Assembly (NCBI GenBank): GCA_951406725.2
Contig: OX597842.1
Coordinates: 16,306,001 to 16,370,000, forward strand
Reading direction: 5' to 3'
Origin: Octopus vulgaris
Lineage: Eukaryota
Length of the DNA: 64,000 nt
The number at the start of each line of letters is the position of its first letter. Within the stretch, counting starts at the first letter, position 1. Below, in pieces: positions 41,096 through 53,839 of this stretch. A program made the position numbers and the translations under genes. A model generated the notes under the pieces. That model was not told the origin of the DNA. It made no database searches and saw nothing but the letters and a program-made list of their open reading frames with translations.

Positions 41096-41699
41096 TGTAA
41101 TTATATCACTTAATAACAGTTAATCTGTAGGTTTTGGTTTCCTTGCTTATATCTATGCCAAATCTATTGCATTTTCAAAACCCTGATCTTCACTAACAAC
41201 CTGTTTAATTCCAGTGTCAACAAATTTATTCATCAAAGATATAACAACAAACACATGTCACAACCACTTCAAGAAGGAGAAACATACACCTAATCTCTTT
41301 GTTAAACATTGTTGCTAATAATCTTTTAATTTTAACTTCACCTGGATAGAAAACATTGTTCTGGAAGAATGTACATTTAGAAACAGAGACCTCACTCTTC
41401 TGTCATACTTCTTCATAATCCTCACGTAAATTATTCATTTTTCGCGTGCAGGGGTGTGATTTCGAAGTCTTAGAATGCAGAACAAACAAAACCCTAACCC
41501 TAACACCAATCCTAAAGAATGTTTAGAGATATGCTGGAAATTTTACAGTTGAACGCCCAAATGAACCATTTTCAATGCTACAGAGACAATTCACTCCTGC
41601 GAAGCCAACTGAAGATTATGTGTCACGATGCTTCCCCTTTATTGATGGCGTCGTATATTTGTTCCTTAAATGTGACATCTTCTTTTCTACTACATTAAA

Positions 41700-43000
41700 T
41701 TTTTCTCCTCTTCTAATTTGGCTGACTACAGAACTTTGGAAAATTGCCACTGTTATTTCCTTATCCAAGAAGGGTATCAAAAAAGGTGACCACTTAACAA
41801 CTACCAATTATTGTCCAATCAGTTTCATTAGCTGCCTCATCAAATTTATGGTGTTCTGTGACAGGGAGATACTTTGAAGAATCTGGAATTCGCATAACCT
41901 TTTTCCATCCTCACAATTTAGATTTATCCCTAATTCTAGCTGCTGTAACCAACTCACAGAATTTCTTCAAGACAATCACACAAATAACATATTGTGGCTG
42001 TTGGGTAGATGTTATTTATCTCGACTTCACCAAAGCCTTTAATTCTCTGCCACTCAAACGAATTATGTTGAAGCTGTCTGATTTTTGGGTGAGGTTTAAT
42101 TTACATAAATCTCTGATGTCGTTCATTCTTGCTTAACAAGAAGTAGTCACAACGTAAAGATACTATAGAATCACACCTGGAGATTGGTAGGATCTGTTTT
42201 AGTCCATTGTTGTTTCTGGTATGTATTAATTTAATTGATGCCAAACTGAAGCAGGTTACTCTACGCTACAGATCATTGCTTCAGCCTCATCTGGACATTT
42301 TGCAGCAAGGTGCTGTCTAAGTTAAGCTAGTTGTAGATAGGTGCACCACTATTCATTATGGGAGGTAAACTCAGAATTTACCAATTTCCTCCACTACACC
42401 CAACTTCAGAAGTCTACTGGTGAACTGGACCTCGGGATTAATGTCAAGAAGGACATTTGACGGATGATTCACATTCCTAAAGTCATCAAAAAGATCGAAA
42501 GTATCTTAGCATCTCTCTGAAGACGCTTTGTCTTGCACTTTGTCAAGTTGTCTATTTAAAGTTACGTATGGGAAATGGTATGTCAAAACTTACGGTACGC
42601 ACCTCCAATCTGGAACCCCATCCTGTCTAGAATATTACGTAAAACTAGGCAAATACACCCTGTCACGCAACATATCTTGAATGCATTGCTTCTCTTGGTA
42701 TCATCTGAGTACATTAAAATTTGGATGTCTAACAGCTGACTCAGTGGAATCCCACAAGAATATCCACCATCTTCCCAACAACAATTTTGGTAATCGTTTT
42801 GAAAGCAATTTCTCTAACACCAGCAGACATGCTTATAACAAAGAGAAAAGCAGTGCAGCACCCATGACTTTCAGAAATATTTTTCGCTGATCAGAATTTT
42901 TGAAGCATGAAATAAACTGATATCTCTTGTTAGCTATCAGGACACTGCTTTCTTCAAAACTTCCATATTTCCTGAAAATCCCTAACACTCTTCCTGATGT
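41700..43000 (+). mobile_element. Decayed CR1-type LINE ORF2 3' half
   Basis: WKIATVISLSKKG..KGD...TNYCPISFIS; VDVIYLDFTKAFNS; DLGI and PIWNP remnants. Confidence 0.82.
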
Positions 43001-43304
43001 ACCTATGTCTTCTTTCTTTGATAAAACTCTTTTACTGTTTCCCTCCTTTCGGGTTGTTTTATTAAATGTATTGTGCATCTACTTCTTGCTTCCATTGCTG
43101 CCTTTCTTTGACTAATTGCAGTTTTCTGTCCCCTATTTTGCCCCTTTCCAGTAACTTCAGCTGCGCTCTATAGACATTATATTATTATTACAACATTCAC
43201 ATAAACGATCATTTGTAAAAGTAGAGAAAATCTTCTGAGGCTTGTCAATTGAAGAACACAGAACTATATTTATACAGTCCAAAAATCAATATCTATGAAC
43301 AATA

Positions 43305-43698
43305 GGCACAGGGGTAGATGTGTGGTAAGTAGCTTGCTTACCAACCACATGGTTCTGGGTTCAGTCCCACTGCGTGGCACTTTGGGCAAGTGACTTCTAC
43401 TATAGCTTCGGACTGACCAATGCTTTTTGAGTGGATTTGGTAGAGGGAAACGGAAAGAAGCACGTCACATATATATATGTGTGTGTGTGTGTGTGTGTTT
43501 GTGTGTATATTTGTCTGTCTGTATTTGTCCCTGCACCATCGCTTCACAACCGATGTTGGTGTTTTTACGTTGCCGTAACCTAGTGGTTCGGCAAATAAGT
43601 ACTAGGCTTACAAAGAATAAGTTCTAGGGTCGAATTCTTTTGACTAAAGACGGTGCTCCAGCACGGCCGCAGTAAAATGACTAAAACAAGTAAAAGAG
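43305..43698 (+). mobile_element. SINE family A
   Basis: Full head-microsatellite-tail structure. Confidence 0.88.
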
Positions 43699-44410
43699 TA
43701 ATATTTGAATTTCAACAGACAAAGAAAGTTTTGTATATTCACTGAGGGGGAAATGTGTCTGCTTCTTAAGTAGCTAATACAGAGAGATGTAAGGCAAAGA
43801 AATTGCCAAATCTTATAAAATACGGGAGTGAAAGGCGACTAAAACACCTAGTAATGGTATATGTGTTACTTGAATTATTTACGTTTCCTGGCAGTTTTTT
43901 TTCTTCTATGAAGATATGTGGCAATATTCCATCAGTATCTGCAGAAATATAATATATACACTGTTGGTGTGTGTTTGTAGGTTATTTTTCTACGAAATCA
44001 TTCTTAATATTGACTGAATCGGACTTAGAAGAGTGAGAAAAAGTTGTTGGTAGACAGATAAACTCCATTTAATTCTAAGTAACAGTTTCAAGATGGAATT
44101 CATTCACTTCATTATTTAGATCTATATTTTCCTATTGATCACAAATCTTTAAAATAGGGAACGAAGAGAGGTAGGTGGTGATGGACAGTGAAGTATAAAT
44201 GTCAACACTATGAATCATGTGAATGTAATCAAAATCATGTTCTTTCTTTGATCTCCTGACAACTGCATATTGTTTATTGTGTGGCCTTTGACAAAGACAC
44301 TAGCGACAGTATAATGTATATCGTAGAATTGAAACGAAATAAACATATAAATATGATTATATACAAAATAGGAAATGTACTGGTTTATCCGTTCCATAGC
44401 CAGGAAATAC

Positions 44411-44590
44411 TTAATGTGGTTGTAAAAATGTTTCTAAGTTTTTTCTCAAATTTGGGTCCTTAATGAGGTCCAATGGTCTGTTATTTTTGTTGTTTTTATG
44501 GTGAAAGTCAGCTCCCTGGGTGGCGAGATATCTCACAACCACTATACCAGAGAGACTTCTTTTCTTTTTTAGGTTGGTGGCAGTGCAGCA
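44411..44590 (-). CDS. Last ankyrin exon, reading into TAA at a mutated donor
   Basis: tatttgtag acceptor, phase 0; CCTATNLKKKRSLSGIVVVRYLATQGADFHHKNNKNNRPLDLIKDPNLRKNLETFLQPH*. YLATQGAD..KN....PLDL resembles the last ANK repeat of mind bomb proteins. Not in the ORF track. Confidence 0.85.
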   Translation of the reverse strand, partial: CCTATNLKKKRSLSGIVVVRYLATQGADFHHKNNKNNRPLDLIKDPNLRKNLETFLQPH

Positions 44591-46242
44591 CTACAAATAA
44601 TGAAATATAAAATGATGACAATATTACACAAAGATTCATAACAAATGCCCCTAATTACACAAAAGTTAATCTAAATTTACTCATAGGTTGTTTATCCACC
44701 AATTAAAGCAATTACAAAATATTGATCTGTTACATAATCTTTAATTGAGTCCATTTCCCATTTTCATGTTTTTACTTTATTTTCAACACTGAAACACCCT
44801 CTAAATATATTGTCATTACATTGAGAAGGACAAACCGTATTGATTAACATCAAGTTCATTGATAATTAATGAGTAAATATTTACTTGTCAATCACAAATA
44901 TCACAATATATTCAATAGAAAAATCAAATATAGGAAGAATAAACCAACAAGAACCTATCTATATAATTGGCTTGATAAAGGCGACCATGTGGCCATAAGA
45001 AAGAGTATTGTATATATAAATATAACACAACATGAGAAGAAAGAACATAAGTTATATCAGAAACAAAAGCACCTATAACATAACAAAATCAATACCACAC
45101 AGACATGACCAAACATATCAATAATGTTTCCATAATTAAGCAAGAAGCATCTTTGAATGATGACGGTAAAGTAACGGAAGCAGGAATTAGTGTCAAGTCA
45201 GAAAAGTAATGGAGGAGTATTTTTAATCACGGACAAGTGAATTTTGGAAGAGGCGACTTGCAAGTCTACCAGATAGATGGAAGAGCATTGTAGAAAATGA
45301 AGGAGGATGTGTTTTAGATTAACAGAAAAAAGTTCTTTGTTTATCTCAATTTTGAAAAATATAAGAAGTATAAAAAACTGCTTCATTTATGAGATGACAG
45401 CAAAAAGTCCAGTAGTATTAAAGTCCATACTGTTGATGACATCAGATCGCCGAATACAGTAAACGGGCTTTAAACAGCATTTTACAAGATATAAGATATA
45501 TTCTCAAACTCGAAATCGTTACTTGTGTATGTTTGTCTGTGTGAGTGTGTGTGTGTTAGTGTGTGTGTGTGTGAGTGTGTGTGTGTGTGTGTTAGTGTGT
45601 GTGTGTGAGTGTGTGTGTGTGTGTGCCTAAGTGTACATACGGAACTTAAATACAGGAAAACTCACTAAGGACCATGCTTTATTGTATTCATTCTCTAATG
45701 TCCTAACATTGAACAATGTTATGACAAGTCCACAAGAAGTCAGTGGATTCATGTCGTGTACAAGAAGTAGGATAGAGAGCAGTTTCACTCAGAATTCTTC
45801 ATAGAATGGACTGGATGTATTTACCATGGCACCAGCACTATAAAGCTCAGACATCTCTTCTATCCTGCATCATTGTTAATTGAGAATAATATCTCCTCTA
45901 TTAAATAGGCCACTTCTCCGTCACATTGTGATGGCTGTGTTTATATGGCCAACAACCGAGATGGGTCACCTCTCGACCGTGGTGAGACGACATCTTTGAG
46001 AGTGAAAGGAGATGGAATATTGTTTGTTACATAATATCATTCGGGTCATAAGGGGAGACTGGATCCCGGAATGGTAATGGAGAATGGGGTTGATAGGGGA
46101 GAATTGATACATGACAAGCAAAGCTTGTCTGTCTGTCTCTCTCTCTCTCACACACTCCCACAAAGACTCGCAAATACACAAATTCACACAGACACATACA
46201 CACACACATGTATATATATACACAAACAATTTAAAAACTTAC

Positions 46243-46445
46243 TTCGTTTAGTACATCCATGGGTGCATCCTTGGAAATAAACACTTCTGTTTTCACAGCA
46301 AGGTGCAAACAGCTGTTACCGTCACCATCAACAGCATTTATGTTTGCACCCAGGGCTATTAACCTGTGTATCATTCCGAGGTGGCCCCTGGAAACGGCTT
46401 CAAGCAACAGTGTCATTTTCTGATTGTTCTTCAATTCTGATTTCA
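46243..46445 (-). CDS. Ankyrin-repeat exon
   Basis: ttcag acceptor (phase 1), GAA|GTAAGT donor (phase 0); KNNQKMTLLLEAVSRGHLGMIHRLIALGANINAVDGDGNSCLHLAV. Confidence 0.9.
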
Positions 46446-46630
46446 CTGAACCCTTTTGTGGAGGTAAAAATAGAAAATGAAAATTTACATGAAAATCCAG
46501 GTGAATATCAATGTGTCGTTATTTTCTTCTACTGTATACTTTGATCAAACTGATCAGATACATTTGCTGTCTGTCGATAAAGTTAACCTTCATGATGTCT
46601 TCTATAATTTGCTCTGTGTATTTGTTAGAT

Positions 46631-46849
46631 CAGTGCTTTTCAACCTTTTTGCTGGAGCGGAACCCTAAGAAAACATTTCACTGGCTCGAGGAACCCCTGT
46701 GCAATAATTTAATTGTCTCATGCACACATGTCTGCACAGGAGAATTAAAAATTACTGTCGATTTTAGCATTTTTGCAACTTCTTGCGGAACTCCTGGACT
46801 GTACTGGCAGAACCCTAAAGTTCCGCGGAACCCTGGTTGAAAAGCACTG
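46631..46849. mobile_element. hAT-superfamily MITE (219 bp)
   Basis: TIR CAGTGCTTTTCAACC...GGTTGAAAAGCACTG with perfect 8-bp TSD TGTTAGAT. Confidence 0.95.
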
Positions 46850-47070
46850 TGTTAGATACACGATAAAGGCTTCATAAACAAATTGTTTCAGCCTAACCTA
46901 CCTTTATCCCTTTCTATGTTAAGGCAGCTTCAAGGTTAGCTTCTGCAAATATGCTAAGCACTGATGCTGGTCATAATTCAATCAATAAACACAGGAGCAA
47001 GTAAAAATAGGAGAAGGGGGTAAGTGGGGCTCCATTTAAGAGGCCCTTCAGAAATTAAATTGAACCTCCT

Positions 47071-47495
47071 ATGGTGGTGAGCTGGCAGAAACATTAGCAC
47101 GTTGGGCGAAATGCTTAACGTTGTTTCATCTACCACTACGTTCTGAGTTCAAATTCCGCTGTGGTCGACTTAGCCTTTCTTCCTTTCGGCATTGATAAAT
47201 TAAGTACCAGTTACGCACTGGGGGTCGATGTAATCGACTTAATCCCTTTGTCTATCCTTGTTTGTCCCCTCTATGTTTAGCCCCTTGTGGGCAGTAAAAA
47301 AATAAGAAACGTTAGCACACCGGGCGAAATGCTTAGCGGTATTTAGTCTGTCTTTACGTTCTGAGTTCAAATTCAGCCAAGGTCGACTTTGACTTTCATC
47401 CTCTTGGGATCGATAAATGAAGTACCAGTTGCATACTGAGGTCGATCTACTCGACAGGCCCCAAAATTTCGGGCCTTGAGCCTAGAGTAGAAAAG
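47071..47495 (+). mobile_element. Dimeric SINE family B
   Basis: Two tandem bodies with different tails, bounded by an approximately 14-bp direct repeat AAAT(T/C)GAACCTCCT. Confidence 0.85.
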
Positions 47496-47830
47496 AAATC
47501 GAACCTCCTTACGATACTCCCTGGGCATTCATGGTATGAAATTTATCGTCATTGCTCCAATGCCATGTATTTATTTTAAAATGCAGTAAAAATAGTGGGG
47601 CCCCAATTAGGTGGTTCTTCAAAACAAATTCTCCCAGTATTGGGGAGTTACTGGTTTCAGTTTCGTTTTCTCTAATGACCTAATAACTATTAATTATCTC
47701 TATCATTGTGATGTTTGTATTTTTCACGTTTTTCTTCCCTCTTTCCATAACTTCCAGCCAACATTATGATGTGGTGGCTTTGATGCTGGCCGAGGTTAGT
47801 TAACAAATGCATATTATATACAATCTCTAG

Positions 47831-48185
47831 TCTTTGATTGATCTGTTAAATATTAATATCATTAAGGTACCAGTGAAATAATGAGGGTAGGTTTAATCAC
47901 CTGTATACTATCTTACTTGTTTCAGTCATTTGACTGTGACCATGCTGGAGCACCACCTTTAGTCGAGCAAATCGACCCCAGGACTTATTCTTTGTAAGCC
48001 TAGTACTTATTATATCGGTCTCTTTTGCTGAATCACTAAGTCGATTTGTTCGACTAAAGGTGGTGTTCCAGCATGGCCACAGTCAAATGACTGAAACAAG
48101 TAAAAGAGTATACAGGTGATTAAACCTACCCCCATTATTTCACTGGTACCTTAATGATATTAATATTTAACAGATCAATCAAAGA
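47831..48185. repeat. Fold-back inverted duplication (arms about 145 bp) of a SINE A tail plus unique flank
   Basis: TCTTTGATTGATCTGTTAAATATTAATATCATTAAGGTACCAGTG... mirrored by ...CACTGGTACCTTAATGATATTAATATTTAACAGATCAATCAAAGA. Confidence 0.9.
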
Positions 48186-48272
48186 GGCATCTTAGGCAAG
48201 TGTCTTCTGCTATAGCCCCGGGCCGACCAATGGCTTGTGAGTGGATTTGGTAGACGGAAACTGAAAGAAGCC

Positions 48273-48315
<43 letters not shown>

Positions 48316-48527
48316 GTGTGTGTTTGTGTGCCTGTGTTTGTCCCCCCTAGCATTGCTTGACAACTGATGCTGGTGTGTTTATGTCCCCATAACTTAGCGG
48401 TTTGGCAAAAAGAGACTAATAGAATAAGTACTTGGATTACAAAGAATAAGTCCCGGGGTCGAGTTGCTCGATTAAAGGCGGTGCTCCAGCATGGCCACAG
48501 TCAAAATGACTGAAACAAGTAAAAAGA
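48186..48527 (+). mobile_element. SINE family A, 5' truncated
   Basis: Body and tail match the family. Confidence 0.85.
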
Positions 48528-49189
48528 AAGAAAAAGAAGAAAAAAGATATATTTATTCACTACACACTCTACACAGTACAAAAATGATATATACACACCT
48601 GAATAAAAACAGGAATGTATATATGGTACAATGAACAACAGTTATATAAATATGAAATTTAGGGAGGAAAGAAGGGCTATAGATAATTGTATGGACCCCA
48701 TTACATGACTGGTATTGCATTTTATCAACCTTGCAGAGATGGAAGGACAAGTCGATCTTGGGAGGATTTGTACTCAGAACATAAAGAGTCATCAATAAAT
48801 ACCACAAGGTATTTTGTCCAACAGTAATAAGACACAAGAACCAGAGAGGGGAGGGAGAACAGTTTATTGCATAAACTCCTGGATATTACTGGTACAGATT
48901 ATAATGACACCAGAGTGGTAATAGATACTCTGGCAAGATTTGAACATGGAACATAAAGAAACAAATGTAAATACTGAATGGGTGTGATTCTCTATTTAGC
49001 CCAGGGTCAGAGGAAAATGTGAAATTACAAGAGCGAGAGAGAGAGAGAGAGAGAGAGATGACAGTTTTACATGGGATGAACAGAAGAGAAGGAAGGGTTT
49101 GAACCTGTAACGTTGAGGTAACGGAGAATGAGATGACCAGTCAAGAAAGAACAACGGCAAAAACTATGGTGATGATTAATTAAAGTAGA

Positions 49190-49729
49190 ATCAAAATCAA
49201 ATTCGATGACTGGCATCCGTGCTAGTAGGGTGCAAAGAGCACCATACGAGTGTGATCGTTGACAGAATGGCTAACCGGCTTCCATGTCAGTGGCACATAA
49301 AAGGCACCATTCGAGTGTGATCGTTACCAGCATCGCCTTACTGGCACTTGTGCCCCGTGCTCGTAGGGTGCTAAGAGCACCATCTGAGTGTGATCGTTGT
49401 CAGTGTCGCCTTACTGGCCTCTGTGCTGGTGGCACATTAAAGGGCACCATTGGAGTGTGATCATTACCAGCGTCGCCTTACTGGCACCTGTAACGGTGGC
49501 ATGTGTAAAAAGATTCGAGTGAGGTCGTTCCTGACTGGCCCCCGTGCCAGTGGAAGGTAAAAACACCCACTACACTCTCGGAGTGGTTGGCGTTAGGAAG
49601 GGCATCCAGCTGTAGTAACTCCGCCAGATCAAGATTGGAGCCTGGTGCAGCGATCTGGTTCGTCAGTCCTCAGTCAAATCGTCCAACTCATGCTAGCATG
49701 GAAAGCGGATGTTAAACGATGATGATGAA
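49190..49729 (+). mobile_element. Retroposon with internal about 60-bp tandem units and a (GAT)n tail
   Basis: Repeated GCACCAT..GAGTGTGATCGTT units; ends CATGCTAGCATGGAAAGCGGATGTTAAACGATGATGATGA. Confidence 0.7.
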
Positions 49730-49882
49730 GTAGATTACAGTGACATTACAGTGTGAAAGAGGGAAGAAGAACAACCCCATGGTGGGATTATGGTAGGAAT
49801 GACTCATTGAAAAAATGCGACAAACTTTATTGAAAGTGCAAAAGAAACAGATTTGGATATTCCAGAATCGAAAGGGACTTAC

Positions 49883-50025
49883 TTTCAAACAGCCAAATGT
49901 AAGGGTGTGTCACCATATTTCTCCCCAATATTGGCATTAATGCCAATGTGAATTAACAACAGGCCAACTATGTATGTGTAACCAGAACTACAGGTGTAGT
50001 GTAAGGAGTTATCTCGTTGGTTCAC
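49883..50025 (-). pseudogene. Disabled ankyrin-repeat exon
   Basis: VNQRDNSLHYTCSSGYTYIVGLLLIHIGINANIGEKYGDTPLHLAV* then AA|GTAAGT; the polypyrimidine tract ends in CGG rather than CAG. Confidence 0.8.
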
Positions 50026-50283
50026 CCGAAGAAAAGAAGAAAAAAAATAGTAAAAATGGTGTTGGAAAGGGAGGAGAAAAATTATGAGGTCCATGTCTTT
50101 TAAATGAAAGATGTCAAAAGAGAAAATAAAACAATTTTTAAAAAACTCCTAAAATGAGGTAAACAACAATATACAGAAGCTGATGGTTCTAAATCTTGCA
50201 TAAGATAACAAAAATATTGGAAACTTCAGTTTATCTAAAGTATTGTTCACAGCTGAATGTTCTTCTTGACACTAATAAACCAA

Positions 50284-50445
50284 GGCACAGGAGTGGATGT
50301 GTGGTAGGTAGCTTGCTTACCAATCACATGGTTTCACGTTCAGTCCCACTGCATGGAACCTTGGGCAAGTGTCTTCTACTATATCCACAGGCCGACCAAA
50401 GCTTTGTGAGTGGATATAGTAGACGGAAACTGAAAGAAGCCCGTC

Positions 50446-50494
<49 letters not shown>

Positions 50495-50693
50495 CATGTA
50501 TGTGTGTGTATATATGTTTCTATGTCTGTATTTGTCCCCCAACATCGCTTGGCAACCAATGCTGGTGTGTTTACGTCCCCGTAACTTGGTGGTTTGGCAA
50601 GAGACCGATAGAATAAGTCCTGGGGTCGATTTGCTCGACTAAAGGCGGTGCTCCAGCATGGCCGCAGTCAAATGACAGAAAGAAGTAAAAGAG
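50284..50693 (+). mobile_element. SINE family A
   Basis: Full head-microsatellite-tail structure. Confidence 0.88.
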
Positions 50694-50714
50694 TAACAGT
50701 CACTGCGCTGTGTC

Positions 50715-50950
50715 TCTTATTTTTTTACTGCCGACAAGGGGCTAAATATAGAGGGGACAAATAAGAACAGACAAAGGGATTAAGTCGATTACATCAACCC
50801 CCAGTGCGTAACTGGTACTTAATTTATTGACCTCGAAAGGATGAAAGGCAAAGTCGACCTTGGCGGAAATTTGAACTCAGAACGTAACGGCAGACAAAAT
50901 ACTGCTAAGCATTTCGCCCGGCGTGCTAACGATTCTGCCATCTTGCCACC
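50715..50950 (-). mobile_element. SINE family B
   Basis: Reverse complement of the family B consensus. Confidence 0.88.
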
Positions 50951-51307
50951 TTGGTTAGCTACATTACTCTGCTTATTACAGTTCGATTGGTTACAGTTAA
51001 ACCCTGAATGCTGGAATGTGCTCTGTTGATCACTGTACATCTTGAGCTATAAATCTGTGGATCATTTCCCAGCTGGGTGGAGACACATTACATAAATAAA
51101 AAATTGATTCTATAAAGAAAAGTTAATTAATGAAAAATAACAAAAGAATCAATGGAAAATTGAGTTTGTACAATAAAACCTCCGGTATTGGTCTTTGGTT
51201 TGATCTCATCTGCTTTGTTACTATTAAGATTCACTCTATCAACAAGTGGCTACTTTATATAGTTTTGCAAATATCTTTATGACTATTTCATAATTAATCA
51301 ATTTCAC

Positions 51308-51352
<45 letters not shown>

Positions 51353-51432
51353 ATATACACACACACACACTCACACAAATATATATATACACTCACATAT
51401 ATATACACACACACATATACACACACACATAA

Positions 51433-51473
<41 letters not shown>

Positions 51474-52093
51474 TATATACACACACATATATGTATATAC
51501 ACACACATATCTATATACACACACATACACACATATATATACACACAGACACATATATATACACACACACACATATATATATATATATACACACATACAT
51601 ATATATATTCACACACATACACATGCATATACACACACACACATACATATGACAAGAAATAATTTTTACCGCCTTTTATAGAGATAAAGAGGGTTTATAA
51701 GTCTGCAGAAAGGAAGTGCTCAAGTGTAATTGAGACAGAGAGAGATAAAGAAACATCGATCAGAGAAGAAACATGAAATTCGAGTCAACAACTTTATACA
51801 TAACACCGTCTCTTATCAAACATTTGATCATATCTAAATACTACCCTGGCCTTTAAACATATAAAAAGAATACATATACCAAAAAAATACAGAAGGTAAA
51901 AAATATACATGCAAATAAAAATACAGATATATAGAATGGCTTGACAAGAAGGTTTATATAATTGACTAAGAATTCTAAAGTGTGTCGTGCGACTAAAAAC
52001 CCAAATAAAATATCAATTGACTAAAAAGATTTTTTTATTCCCCTCAAACAAAAAAAGAAGAAAGTCAAAATAGTTCATTTCATAAAAACCATG

Positions 52094-52290
52094 GGGTACT
52101 ACTTGAGAACAGTGGTCCCGGTGCGCGCACTCGCATTAGCTAGTCATTACTAGTCGATCCTTACTTTGTGTTTTTGAGTTTTGTTTACTTTGCTTTAAAA
52201 AAATATTTATTTTGTCTCCGTGCTAGCTAGTCGTGACTAGTCGATCATACAACGACTTCCTAGAAAAGTAAATAAAACACAAAATAAATA
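52094..52290. mobile_element. Partial/rearranged copy of the GGTAC-TIR MITE
   Basis: GGGTACTACTTGAGAACAGTGGTCCCGGTGCGCG and GCTAGCTAGTCGTGACTAGTCGATC. Confidence 0.75.
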
Positions 52291-52321
52291 ATTTTTTGGA
52301 TCTTTTCGGTTTGAACGGCAG

Positions 52322-52798
52322 TTTTTTGTAGCGGTGTCATATGAAATTGTCACCCATAATTATGACCCTAGTATCAATCTGTTGCATTTCAATCTGTTTT
52401 AGGGTTAGGGGTGGGTGGAAGGGTATCTTTTTGTTCAGAAATGTAAATAAATAGGCGCAAGAGTGGCTGTGTGGTAAGTAGCTTGCTGACTTACCACATG
52501 GTTGTGGGTTCAGTCCCATTGCGTGGCACCTTGGGCAAGTGTCTTCTACTATTGAGAAAAGTCTGTATGTTGTAGGATATTTCGACTTTAATTTCGAGAA
52601 TTTCAGCAATTTTAACATTCCGTTCTGTATGAATATGTCCCTCGTTTAAGAACAGATTGAAGAAAAAAAGATACCCTTCCCCCACCCCTAACCCTAGCCA
52701 TAACTCTAAACCTAACCCTAAAATAGATTGAAATGCAATAGATCGATACTAGGGTCATAATCATGGGTGACAATTTCATTTGACACCGCTAGAAAAAA
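52322..52798. mobile_element. Inverted-repeat element with TTAGGG-like inner motifs and an inserted SINE A head
   Basis: TAGCGGTGTCATATGAAATTGTCACCCAT...GGAAGGGTATCTTTTT mirrored at 52662-52798; partial copy at about 15265-15330. Confidence 0.8.
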
Positions 52799-52814
52799 TC
52801 CCATTTTCCGTGGG

Positions 52815-52855
52815 GAGGGGATAGATAAACAGAGAGGGAGATAGATAGAGAGAGG

Positions 52856-52925
<70 letters not shown>

Positions 52926-53350
52926 GAGAGAGAGGGAGATAGAGAGAGGGGGAGATGGATAGAGAGAGAGGGAGATAGATAGCTAGAGAGAGACGGAGTT
53001 GAATAGAGAGAGGGGGGATAAATAGATAGAGAAAGAGAGAGAGAGGCAGTTAGATAGATAGAGAGAAGGGGAGATAGATAGATAGAGAGAGAGGGAGATA
53101 GACAGATAGAGAGAGGGAGATAGAGAGAGGGGGAGATGGATAGAGACAGCGGGAGATAGATAGCTAGAGAGAGAGGGAGATAAATAGATAGAGAGAGGGG
53201 GAGATAGAGAGAGAGAAAGACAGATAGAAAGTTAACGAGATAGATAGAGAGGTAGATAGAGAGAAAGAAAGACAGATAGATAGAGAGACAGACAGATGGA
53301 TAGAGAGAAAGATAGAGAGAGAAATAGTATGTAAATAGATAGAGAGACAC

Positions 53351-53422
<72 letters not shown>

Positions 53423-53442
53423 ATAGATAGAGAGAGAGAGAG

Positions 53443-53485
<43 letters not shown>

Positions 53486-53650
53486 GTATGTAAATAGATA
53501 GAGAGAGAGACACAGATAGATAGATAGTTAGAGAGAGACAGATAGATAGAGAGAGAGACAGGTAGAGAGAGAGATAGAGAGAGAGGCAGATATATGAATA
53601 TATAGAGACAGATATAGATAGGTAGGCAGAGAGGCAGGCAGAGAGACATT
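52815..53650. repeat. (GATA)n/(GA)n compound microsatellite
   Basis: Directly visible; contains an internal duplication GAAATAGTATGTAAATAGAT. Confidence 0.95.
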
Positions 53651-53839
53651 TAAAAGCATGGATGTCAGTGTATATACAAATTAATCTACGTTCGTGATTT
53701 CATCAATTTGTCTGTTTATGTCTGGGTAACGAATCTCTATGTTGCATTGTAACAGTAACAATAATATATAAACATGCATCTATCCACCTATCCATACACA
53801 GATACGTAAGCTCTATCTTATGACAAGATATAAGACAAG

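Larger units (their letters stand above)
34049..50025 (-). pseudogene. Ankyrin-repeat + death-domain gene (mind-bomb-like ANK/RING/DD family), probably pseudogenised
   Basis: Five recognisable exons (50025-49883, 46445-46243, 44590-44411, 36803-36732, 34251-34049) with splice signals. Lesions: GG instead of AG at 50027-50026, TGA at 49887-49885, TTAAGT instead of GTAAGT at 44414 giving TAA, and no intact RING exon. Confidence 0.75.

Noticed and set aside
51003-51072. Possible extra ANK exon (WEMIHRFIAQDVQ*)
   Set aside because: Short, stop-containing, with a weak donor and insufficient similarity
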